Assembly (NCBI GenBank): GCA_964016885.1
Contig: OZ024747.1
Coordinates: 61,008,001-61,072,000, forward strand
Source: Eledone cirrhosa
Taxonomy: Eukaryota
DNA length: 64,000 bases
Direction of reading: 5' to 3'
The notes under the pieces were generated by a model. The model did no database searches and was not told where the DNA came from. It saw only the letters and a program-made list of their open reading frames with translations. The position numbers and the translations under genes were made by a program. The stretch's first letter is position 1; each line of letters starts with the position of its first letter. This document shows positions 53,899 to 64,000 of this stretch, piece by piece.

Positions 53899-54019
53899 GG
53901 TATTTAAATAAACTCTGATGACACCCATGGTCCATACTCACTTATGGCGAATTGTTAAATAAAATAATTCTCCATATTAGTATAACCTGGGTAGAAACAA
54001 TTGTCAGTTTATAAATGCC
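53899..54019 (+). ncRNA. Type I hammerhead ribozyme with long stem II, GUC cleavage site at 54003-54005
   Basis: GGTATTT-AA-ATAAACT-CTGATGA-C-[ACCCA..ATACT..TATGG..GAATTGTT/AATAATTC..CCATA..AGTAT..TGGGT]-A-GAAAC-AATT-GTC-AGTTTAT-AAATGCC. Confidence 0.85.
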
Positions 54020-54133
54020 TTAAATTCTTTGATTTGTAAACAAACTGTAACTATATAACACTGCAGGATCCTCATTGCATTGAGCAAAAAAACACCTAGT
54101 AAATGAGTATATTTATTCTCATTAATATTATTA

Positions 54134-54176
<43 letters not shown>

Positions 54177-54313
54177 TCATTTTTTTGTTTGTTTTTTACA
54201 TGCAGAAATGCCCATTTGTACTGTCCTGTACTCTCTTGTGCTGTCCTTAATGTTATACTTTATGTCAACCCTTGTGGTTAATAAAGACAGCATTATTACT
54301 ATTATTATTATTA

Positions 54314-54791
54314 CTAGCAGAAAAACAACCTTTCGGGTGGTTTCCTGCTAGTATGTGTAGTGTGTATATTGATATTATACGCAAGTATATATGCATGTAG
54401 GTATGATACACCAAATAAAATCGTAATTGACAATATACACAGAAATTGTACAAAGACTGCATTACACTGTCTTATGTAATCAGTAACGTAATCCATGATA
54501 CATTTTAAAAAATACGATATTATATATAAACTGCATTAGGAGAGAAACAGAAATATATGAGTATTTATTTAAATGATCGCAAACCGGAAGTGTTGACATT
54601 TGAAAATTTTAAACAACTGAATCTTTAAATAAGAAATAAAATATATTCAATGAACAGCCACGATATTTAGTAGATAAATTATGTAATATTCATTCATTAT
54701 TTATTCAAAGTAATCCAACTTATTTTACTAAGGGGATAAAAAATTATAAACCATAAACAGTTCCGTGCTTCTTACTTTATTATAGTTTAGA
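54314..54791 (-). mobile_element. Non-autonomous Helitron, second copy
   Basis: Same TC...hairpin-CTAG termini between A and T; colinear with 28323-29024 minus the SINE. Confidence 0.8.
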
Positions 54792-54849
54792 TATTTAAAA
54801 TTTCAACAGAAGGCCGGACTGGAAGATATGATGTAAATTTTAATTTCGT

Positions 54850-54930
54850 GAAATCACTATACATATTTCAATGGCCCAGCTCCATCATCCAATTATGAGG
54901 CAAGACAGGACAGTCTCATCAGGTAACTTC
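54850..54930 (-). ncRNA. Type I hammerhead ribozyme
   Basis: Minus strand GAAGTTAC-CTGATGA-(~46-nt imperfect stem II)-GAAAT-ATGT-ATA-GTGATTTC; 8-bp stem I with G-U pairs. Confidence 0.7.
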
Positions 54931-55043
54931 AACAGAATTACAAAAGAGGGTTACGTAAAACCCATATTTATCATGGAAGACAGGGAAGAGAGAATAAAAA
55001 ATGAAAATTTGAAAAAAAACTGTTGTGGTTTGGGAAGGCAGCC

Positions 55044-55085
<42 letters not shown>

Positions 55086-57227
55086 ATCATCATCATCACC
55101 GTTTTACGTCCATTCTTCCACGCTAGCATTGGTTAGACAGGCTGTCCTGTTATGGGCGATGTTAGGTCGGGTGAACTTGTCTTGCTCATACGGGAACTGA
55201 TTTTGGCTTGATTTCTACAGCTGGATGCCCTTCCTAACACCAACCTCACAGCGAGTGCTGGGTGCTTTTTTGTCATGGCACCTACATGACCACTTTACAG
55301 TGCGAGAGGGAGGGGGGCATATTGTCTATATGCTTCAGCTTTGGCTTGCTCCCTTGGGAAGTTGGGTCTTCTGTATTACTGCGTGACACCAGAGGTCATG
55401 GTCCTGTATAATCATGTATAATCATCATCAACATCACTAGTTCTGTAAGAGTCCCTTTTCAGTAAGTTATTACACTCACTCTCCTTGATGTATTGAGTAC
55501 CTTACTTTAATTGTGCTTCTTTCCAATCCTAATGGAATCAGTAGCAACAATTATATATAAATCATCTTCATCATTTAACATCCATTTCTTTTCGTGCTAG
55601 AATAGTTTAGACAGGTCGTCACAAACCAAGTCAGTAGTTAATCAATGCCATTGTCCTTGTAGACAAATTGGGAGCTCGTGGACATCTTGCTCATATACAT
55701 TCTTACTCTTACAAAATAATTTTCCCTATTATATATGTGCGTGTGTGTGTGTGTTTGTATATATGTATATAGACTCAAACACACATACATATATATATGT
55801 GTGTGTGGCTATAAATGATAAAGGAAAAACTGATATTAAATGGTGATGACGATGATGAAAAAATTCTTGATTATGTTTCTTTTCCAGTGACATAGTTAGA
55901 CATACAGTATCAATTTATATACTACCATGCATACACACACAGAAACAAAGACATACATGTATGTATATGTGTATACACTGGCATGTATATCTTATAGATA
56001 TATAAAGTTAATTGTATTACAGTAAAACCTATTGTTACTTAGAAATTTGCAAGGAAGCCAACTTGTTAGTAATTTCTTAACGAAGAACATGGGTGATTTC
56101 AAAAATTGTTGATACTGGTTGATTTAACTTCAAATGAAATTCTTCAGTGAAGGTGAAGTATCACAAAAGTAATGCCAAGATTCTTCATTGCAGCCAAACA
56201 AATAATAATTGATGCACATAGACGATGATATATAGGTTTTATTCAATAAGAAACTGGTTAATTCTCTCGAGGAAATTTTTATGATAACTTTTATTACTTT
56301 ATTTATTTTACCTGATATTTAGAATGTTAAACATTGCCATTGTTTTGGGAAAATTATAAATAATTAATGCCATAAGTTTTCAGCTTATAAGATACATAGG
56401 TATATAGAAGGCACTCACATTTTGTGAGAAACAAGTTACAGTAGTAGTTAAGTGAAGGTCCATTGCTTAATGGTAAGAGAATTGGTTTCACAACTGTGAG
56501 GTTACAGTAGTTAAGTGAAGGTATATTGCTTAATGGTTAGAGAATTGGTTTCACAACTGTGAGGTTACAGTAGTTGTTAAGTAACATCACGTTGCTTAAT
56601 GTTAAGACAATTGGTTTCACAATTGTGCAGTTGTGAGTTCAATTCCCAGACCATCAAGGCTGTATGTCCTTAAGCAAGATACTTTATTTCATGTTGCTCT
56701 TTCTGCCAAGAGTTGCAATGGAAAGACCAATGGAAGCATTGTTTTCTTAGACTGATTTGACAAGTTCCACGTCATTCAGTTAACAAATGATGCATGGGAA
56801 CTTGTCAATCAATTAAGAAAGTATTTTTTAAAGTATTTTTATTGAATATAAATTCAACTTTGATGTTAAAAAATAAAAGTTATGTTCCAGATGCAAAAGT
56901 TTGAAAATAATTATTTTATTCTACGTTAAATATCATCATCTTCATTTTATATCTGTTTTCCTGGGTTCAATATGGATTATCAAATATTTTATATCTGTTG
57001 TCCATGTTGTCATGGGTTCAACATGGGCTACCAGATATTTTATATCTGTTTCCTTGGGTTCAATATGGATTAGGCAATATTTTAGGGAAGTATAACTTCA
57101 ACTTTTCCTTTCATCCTTTCATCATCAACAAAAATAAAGTAGAATAAACCAACTCAGGCTTTTGATATATACAGACCCTAAATGAGGACAGAGAATATAA
57201 ATTTTGTACATAGACATCCCCACACAT

Positions 57228-57715
57228 ACATGGCTCAGTGGTTAGAGCATTGGCCTTGCAATCGAAAGGTTGTGAGTTCAATTCTCAGACAGGGTGATGT
57301 GTTGTTTCCTTGAGCAAGACACTTTATTTCACATTGCTCCAGTTTACTCAGCTGTAGAAATGAAATGATAGGGACTGAGGTCCCTATCATTCCACTGCAA
57401 AGTGGCAAAAAAGCCACGGCAGAAAAAAGCACCCAGCCCACACTGTAAAGTGGACATGTAGGTGCCACAGAAAGAAAAAAGCACCCAGCCCACACCGTAA
57501 AGTGGACATGTAGGTGCCACGGAAAAAAAAAGCACCCAGCCCACACTGTAAAGTGGACGTGTAGGTGCCACGGAAAGAAAAAAGCACCCAGCCCACACTG
57601 TAAATGAGGTTGGTGTTAGGAAGGGGATCCAGCTGTAGAAATCAAGCCAGAATGAGTTCCCGTCCCACCCTTGCAAAGCAGGAAAAAGCGGACGTAAAAT
57701 GATGATGATGATGAT
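57228..57715 (+). mobile_element. SINE B: tRNA head, CORE-like domain and RTE-derived 3' tail
   Basis: TGGCTCAGTGGTTAGAGC...GAGTTCAATTC, TTCCTTGAGCAAGACACTTT; the end CCGTCCCACCCTTGCAAAGCAGG..GGACGTAAAATGATGATG matches the RTE end at 36548-36603. Confidence 0.8.
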
Positions 57716-58137
57716 ATATAACTGTTTCATTCAAAAGAAATCATCAAGAAAGCTCTGGTCAGGGGTTCAATCTCAGTCAGGATCTACAGTAAGGTGGTCT
57801 TACTAATTATTGCTAGCGTGGAAGAACGGACGTAAAACGGTGATGATGATGATATATATATCCTTATCATCATCATATTATTTCTGCTTTCCATGCTGGC
57901 ATAGCTGGATGGGTTGTTATGTTCCGGGATTAAATATGTCAGAGAGACCTCATCTTCCTCATATATTCCATATTTGGCATGGTTTCTACAGTTGAATTCC
58001 CTTCTTAATACCAACCACATTACATAGTGTACTGGGTGTATTTTATCATGGTACCAGCAAGCCAAAACCACTTGGTCCCATGGTCGAGATTTTACATATC
58101 TATCTATCTATTTATCTATATATATATATATATATAT

Positions 58138-58467
58138 TATAAGGACGATTTGTTAAGCTTTCATTACATTTATTGATTGGTGACGTGCATTTCATTATTG
58201 ATCAGCTCAAGGTTCAATCTGTATCAATCTGGCCTAACCCTGGAATCAAAAGCTCGTCGGATTCCGAAGTTGGGTCAGATCGACACAGATTGAACCTTGA
58301 GCTGATCAATAGCGAAACACATGTCACCAGTCAATAAACGTAATGAAGGTTTAACGAATCATCCCTGTATTATTATATTTAAACTCTACACCTCGCTACA
58401 GACGTGAACCTAAACATCGAGTGCTCACCTAGGTGAACCTACAGTAACTTCACGTTACACTCCCTGG

Positions 58468-58468
<1 letters not shown>
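58138..58468. mobile_element. Fold-back element retaining the 3' half of a hammerhead, with a right-side tail
   Basis: Arms ~58138-58250 / 58260-58371, GAAAC-ACAT-GTC in the right arm, tail with ACTC(58383)...GAGTGC(58419), flanked by (TA)n. Confidence 0.65.
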
Positions 58469-58510
<42 letters not shown>

Positions 58511-59089
58511 TATATATATATAATAGGTGGTTCAGTAGATTCATGGTTTATTGAGGAAGGTACCAAAATCAGCACTCTATGTTAAGGCAGAGTATATATA
58601 TTAAAAACAAAGTGAGGTTTTTATTGATTATACACAGTTACAACCGTATATATATATACGTCATGTGCATCAATACTCATCTTTTTCCATTTCTCTGAGG
58701 GTTCTTAACCCCACTATCAGGCTAAATAATTTCTTTAATTTCTTTAATCAAAATATGGCGATAGCTTACATTTATAATAATTTAAAACCCGCTCGCTGTT
58801 TCGAGAATATTCTTACTATATATATACTATATATATACATACATACACACACATACATTTATAGTACGCCATATTGTTTTTGTGGGTTGTCATCGGGTTA
58901 TAGTAAGTTTCCTTGTAAATAATAAGAAACCAACATTTATTTTTAATCATTTAAAAGACTTTATATATATATCCTTCACATGCACACACACACACACACA
59001 CACATACATATATGCTTGTTCAGGTACCCAGATAGTAATATATACTTTTTAAAATCTGTATATTTTTACACACACATATCTAAACAGAT

Positions 59090-60220
59090 AAATATGGAAG
59101 CAAGCTATTATAATCTTTATATTTACTTTAAAAGTACTTTACGAAAAATGTTCTAATAAATCTTGAAATATTTTTCAGAAGCTGAACTTTATACTTAAAT
59201 CTATAAATATAAAAGTTCTATTTTACAATGCAAAATAATGTCAGCATAAATTTATAACCAAATATTTTTGGCTAACATCACATGAATTGGCTTTGAGCTT
59301 CTTTGGAATAAAAACATTATATTCTTCAGTTGCTATTTGATTCTTTGAAAAAAAAATTTAAATTTTACTCTATATAACAGTTATGTTAGATAAGTAGTTC
59401 AAAGTTTGAATTAGAAATCTTAAATATTTTTTGGTTTACTGCAATATTTCATGTTAGTGATATTAGAAATTATTCCAGAGAGTTGATTCTACTTTCAGTT
59501 TTTCAAAACGTGTAAGGAAACTGGGTTATTTCTATCTAAACATCCATTTGAACTTTCAGCTAGACTAAAAGATCAACATTGAATAGAAAAAAATTACACA
59601 TCTTTCTGTTATATATTCACCTCTTGAATAAGGTTTGTCTTGCAATGTAGGGTGCCATAATAACTTATTTCAATGCACTTAAGTGTTAACTAAATCTTTG
59701 CAGTGATCATGTAGCTACAAATGACATAGAGTATTTTGAAAACCTTTCTGGGTTTTTTTACTCTCAAACAGAATTTCACTGAGTCAAGATACAAAATATT
59801 CAATTTTGCAATATTTTTGATGTATGCAAATCAATAACAGAGTATTTCTATGACTGAATGTGAAAGCGAACTTTGGGTTAGAAACCTATTTCTAGACTTG
59901 TTAAACTTAAGCAATCTTTCAAGGAAGAAAAGAAACAACAAATAGATGAAACAATCTTAAAATCAAAATTCAAAAAAGTAGAACTGACAAAATTTTGGAT
60001 TTCATTATTAATGGTGTACCTTTCTATGAAGCACAAAAACTTTTAAAATGTTAATGCAATTTCCAACTACATATTTATATGAAAGACTTTTTCACTGTAT
60101 TCAATAACAAAGTACAAATTTAGAAATAGATTAAATATAGAAGTTGACTTACAGTTACAAGTAGCATTTCATTTATAAATATTAATTTTCTTTGTGATCA
60201 GAAGTAAGCTCGAGAAATGT
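59090..60220 (+). pseudogene. Decayed Buster/ZBED5-type hAT transposase
   Basis: Fragments translate as LFLSKHPFELSARLKDQH*IEK, FKKVELTKFWISL, QFPTTYLYERLFS and KYKFRNRLNIEVDLQL (hAT C-terminal dimerisation motif); many stops and frameshifts. Confidence 0.8.
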
Positions 60221-61899
60221 AATCGAATTATGCTAACACACAAAAACACAAGTGTTTTAAATAATTTTCAATGTAAAGCAGCCTTTCAGGTCGTATGATT
60301 GGCTTCATGGAGTCGTTTTTGAAGCAATGTTTTACAGTTAGATGTCTATCTTGGTGCCAGCATTTTATGACATTCAGTGATATGGTATACTGGAAGCATA
60401 CAACAACACTTGATGTCTTTTTGAAACTGACTTGTTTCATGGGTTACTCATGCTTCAATTTTATTCACCAATAGTTGTAACCATCTCTGTGAAATATGGA
60501 TTATGACCTAAAAGATTCAATGTGATACTGACAGCTCTTAAGACTTCAGGCACAATAAAGTATTGGCTGTTTACCTTTGCATATGAAGTTGCTTCCAAGT
60601 ATTGCAACCTCCTCCCCCACCCTGTTACCAGACAATCTTTTAATTATTTCTGTGTATATTTGCCTACAATTACGCCATAACTATGTTTTAAGTCAAATGG
60701 TCTTACACAGCTGCCATAAGGAGTTTATATGTAGTATATATTTGGTTTAGAATAGGCATATCATACCCCTTCTTGTCGTAGGAGGAGAATAAAACTGTTA
60801 ACACCAGGAAGAATATCTTGCCATTAAACATTGCCTTTAAAACAATGATGGTGAGTATGAAACCTATCATGGGTCTACAATCAGAGTTGGATTTAGACCT
60901 TGGGGGGCCGGGGCACTTCAGGTGTCACTGGCCATTCTTTGTGGCAATACCTTTGTCATTTTATCTATGGGGTGCAGCTGAAACACCACTCAGACTTGGG
61001 TTTAGTCTGTTGCTCGCTCTCCCTTCCTTTCTTTCAATGCTTGATTCTCCTTTTTCTGAGTCATTTTTCCTTTTTTTGTTTCCTTATTGCCATGTATATT
61101 GTACAGTTGTTTTACTGTTAGTACATTTATTGGTGACTGTTTGGGAATCTTAGGTATTATAAACATTATTCCTTAAAAGCAGTGCCTCAGCATGGCCACA
61201 GAAACCAAAATGAAAGAATCGTTAAACTTTGAATGACTTAGTTTGGCAATCAATTAAGTAGTCATTTATATAACTTACTCAAAAAACTAATGCAAATATA
61301 TAAATTTGTCGAATTATTAAATCTCTAAATGTACTGGAGAATCAATATAGAGTTATTTTAAAACAAAATTGTATTTATTGATCTCAAAATATGTTCATAT
61401 TTAAGTGAAAACTTTAGAAAATTATTGAACAATCCTTAAAGATTAATTTTAAATTCTCTGGCTAATTGAAGTTTTAATAAATTTCTGATCATTTTCCTTT
61501 TCTTTTGAAAATTAATTAATTATCAATTTGTGATTGTACAGTTTGGTGAAGAAAATTATACACCATTAAAATATGACAATAGTGAATAGAAAATTGCTTT
61601 ACCCTGTGTTATAATGTTATTGAACAATGATAACAACTAAACAGTTATACTAATTAAACAATGATCCTGACTGAGCATTCATCTCAACAGTTTTCATACA
61701 AAACTACCAAAACTTTCTCTGGTTCTGTGATACAAAACTGCCCCTTTTAGAGTGTTCATACTTATATTAAAATATTCCATCTTCATCATCATCATTTAAC
61801 ATCAAATTTGCATGATTGCATGGGTTAGAAGGATTGTCATGTGAGACGAGTTAGGCCAGGTGACTGTGTTTTACTCATAAAGACCTGTATCTGGCTTGG

Positions 61900-62510
61900 T
61901 TTCTACAGCCGGATGTTCTGCTCACAAGGAACTGTTTCTCGTTTGCTTTTTACAGTTACATGCCCTGCTCACAAGGAACTGTTTCTCGTTTGGTTTTTAC
62001 AGTTACATGCCCTGCTCATAAGGAACTGTTTATTGTTTGATTTTTACAGTTAGATGCCCTGCTCATAAGGAACTGTTTATTGTTTGGTTTTTACAGTTAG
62101 ATGCCCTGCTCATAAGGAACTGTTTATTGTTTGATTTTTACAGTTAGATGCCCTGCTCATAAGGAACTGTTTATCGTTTGCTTTTTACAGTTACATGCCC
62201 TGCTCATAAGGAACTGTTTCTCGTTTGGTTTTAACAGTTAAATGCCCTGCTCATAAGGAACTGTTTCTCGTTTGGTTTTAACAGTTAAATGCCCTGCTCA
62301 TAAGGAACTGTTTCTCGTTTGGTTTTTACAGTTATATTTCCTACTCATGAGGAACTGTTTCTTGTTTTGTTTTTTATAGTTAGATGCCCTGCTCATGAGG
62401 AACTGTTTCTCGTTTGGTTTCTTCTGCTCATAAGGAACTATTTCTGGTTTAGTTTCTACTGCTGGATTCCCTGCTAGTAAGGAGCTGTTTCTGGCTTGGT
62501 TTCTACAGGT
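61900..62510. repeat. 47-bp minisatellite derived from the RTE-tailed element
   Basis: ATGCCCTGCTCATAAGGAACTGTTTCTCGTTTGGTTTTTACAGTTAG repeats. Confidence 0.9.
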
Positions 62511-62879
62511 AGAATGCTATCCAATGCTCCAAACACCAGCTTACTTGTGAAAAAGTTAATTATTTTACTAAATTCCTCCAAATTGCTGGTTATTTTGAAA
62601 TTTATTTGAAATTGAGGATGATTTCATTAGAAATCATCCTCAAATTTATGTTTGCTTCCAATGTATGTATAAGTTGAGCCACTATGTTAACAAAAGGATA
62701 CAACAACGATTTATATTGAATGATGAGACTGATTGAACAGTGATACTGAATGGTGAGCTACACTATACAGTGATTCAAATTCAATATTGATCCTTATTGA
62801 ACTTATCACACTGACAATGATTGGGCTCACTTATATACAAACAAAGTGTTATAGTGAAGACATGCAATCTAATAGATTA

Positions 62880-63155
62880 GATGAGGAGATGTGTAGTTGT
62901 GGTGGTCAGAATCTTTCTCAGTGGACTTAAGAAGGCCTGAGAAGATGTGTAATTCTAATGGTTAGAGACTTGCTCAGTGGACTTGAGAAGGTCTGAGGAG
63001 ATGTATAATTGTGGTGGTCAGAAACTTACTCAGTAGATTTCAGAAGGCCTGAGATGTGTAAATGTGGTGGTCAGAGACTTGCTCAGTAGACTTGAGAAGG
63101 CCTGAGGAGATGTGTAATTCTGATGGTCAGAGACTTGCTCAGTGGACTTGAGAAG
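62880..63155. repeat. ~56-bp minisatellite, 5 copies
   Basis: GAGGAGATGTGTAATT..TGGTCAGAGACTTGCTCAGTGGACTTGAGAAGGCCT. Confidence 0.85.
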
Positions 63156-64000
63156 GACAGATAGAGATAGAGTTGTGACGTTACAGATGAAGAGATAAAT
63201 ATTGATTTGCGTGTAGGAGCAGGAGAACTGACCAGGCTAGGGTGTGAGGAGCCGAAGACAAAGGATGCAACCAGAAGATTACGTTAGTTTGTTTTGTCTT
63301 TGTATTCAGTTTACAAGAAAATAGTAGGGTAGAGATTCCTGGAGGATGGGCAGAAGTTAGAGAGGACAGTGTAGTGAAGTGACCAGGTTTGTAAGGTGAA
63401 AGAAGAGTTGATGACGCTGAAGGGAATGTGAAGATGTGGCTGTCATAAAATCAAATTTATACATAGTTGATATATGGTTTGAGTAAGAGAAATCAGATTA
63501 ATTGGCAACAGATTTACTCAATTGCTGAATCATGCTACACTTCACGAGAATTCAGATCAAATCATAATAAATTATAATTTAATCAAACTAAATTTACTGA
63601 ACTGTTGTTTCATTCAAGTTATAAATGTAAGGACAAATAGTGATCACACTTGTAATATATATGGTATGAGGCAGTGAGTTGGTAATCTTTAGTACATCAG
63701 ATGCTGTGCTTTGTAGTATTCAGTTTAGTACTCTACACTCTGAGTTCTAATCTTGCTGAGGTCAATTTTACATTTCATCTTTTCAGGGTTTGGGAAATCA
63801 AGTACAAGTCTAGTACTAAGGACAATATTTCTTCTATATCTCTACCTCTCTCTCTCTCTCCCTCCCTTTCTCTCTGCTTCTCTCTCTCTCCCTTTCTCTG
63901 CCTTTCTCACTTTGTCTCTCTGCCCCCCCCCCCTCTCTCTCAGAAACAAAAGTGATAGACTTCACCAGGTTTAAACTACCCAAGACATCAAGAAGACATG

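Overview
AT-rich, microsatellite-saturated eukaryotic DNA. The (TA)n/(CA)n/(GATA)n load and the SINE/RTE content suggest a coleoid cephalopod such as an octopus, but this is inference. Almost all ORFs in the track are simple-repeat artefacts. Real content: about 30 copies of a tRNA-derived SINE, a CORE-like SINE with an RTE-LINE tail, decayed RTE, R4/Dong-like, CRE-like and Tx1/L1-like LINE pieces, piggyBac- and Tc1-type MITEs, two non-autonomous Helitrons, a Buster-type hAT relic, several SINE-derived minisatellites and one plausible 204-nt coding exon. The most interesting signal is a Penelope-like-element (PLE) system. A 2.7-kb fold-back (5624-8293) has ~910-bp near-identical inverted arms, each with a type I hammerhead ribozyme, around an open Naiad-type GIY-YIG endonuclease ORF with no RT. 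At least four small fold-backs, mostly unrelated in sequence, share its architecture: (TA)n, inverted arms with a hammerhead or remnant, a one-sided ~80-95-nt tail with an ACTC...GAGT(G/A)C stem, then (TA)n. Several stand-alone hammerheads and orphan tails also occur. All structures were read by eye, coordinates may be off by a few bases, and no folding or database search was run.
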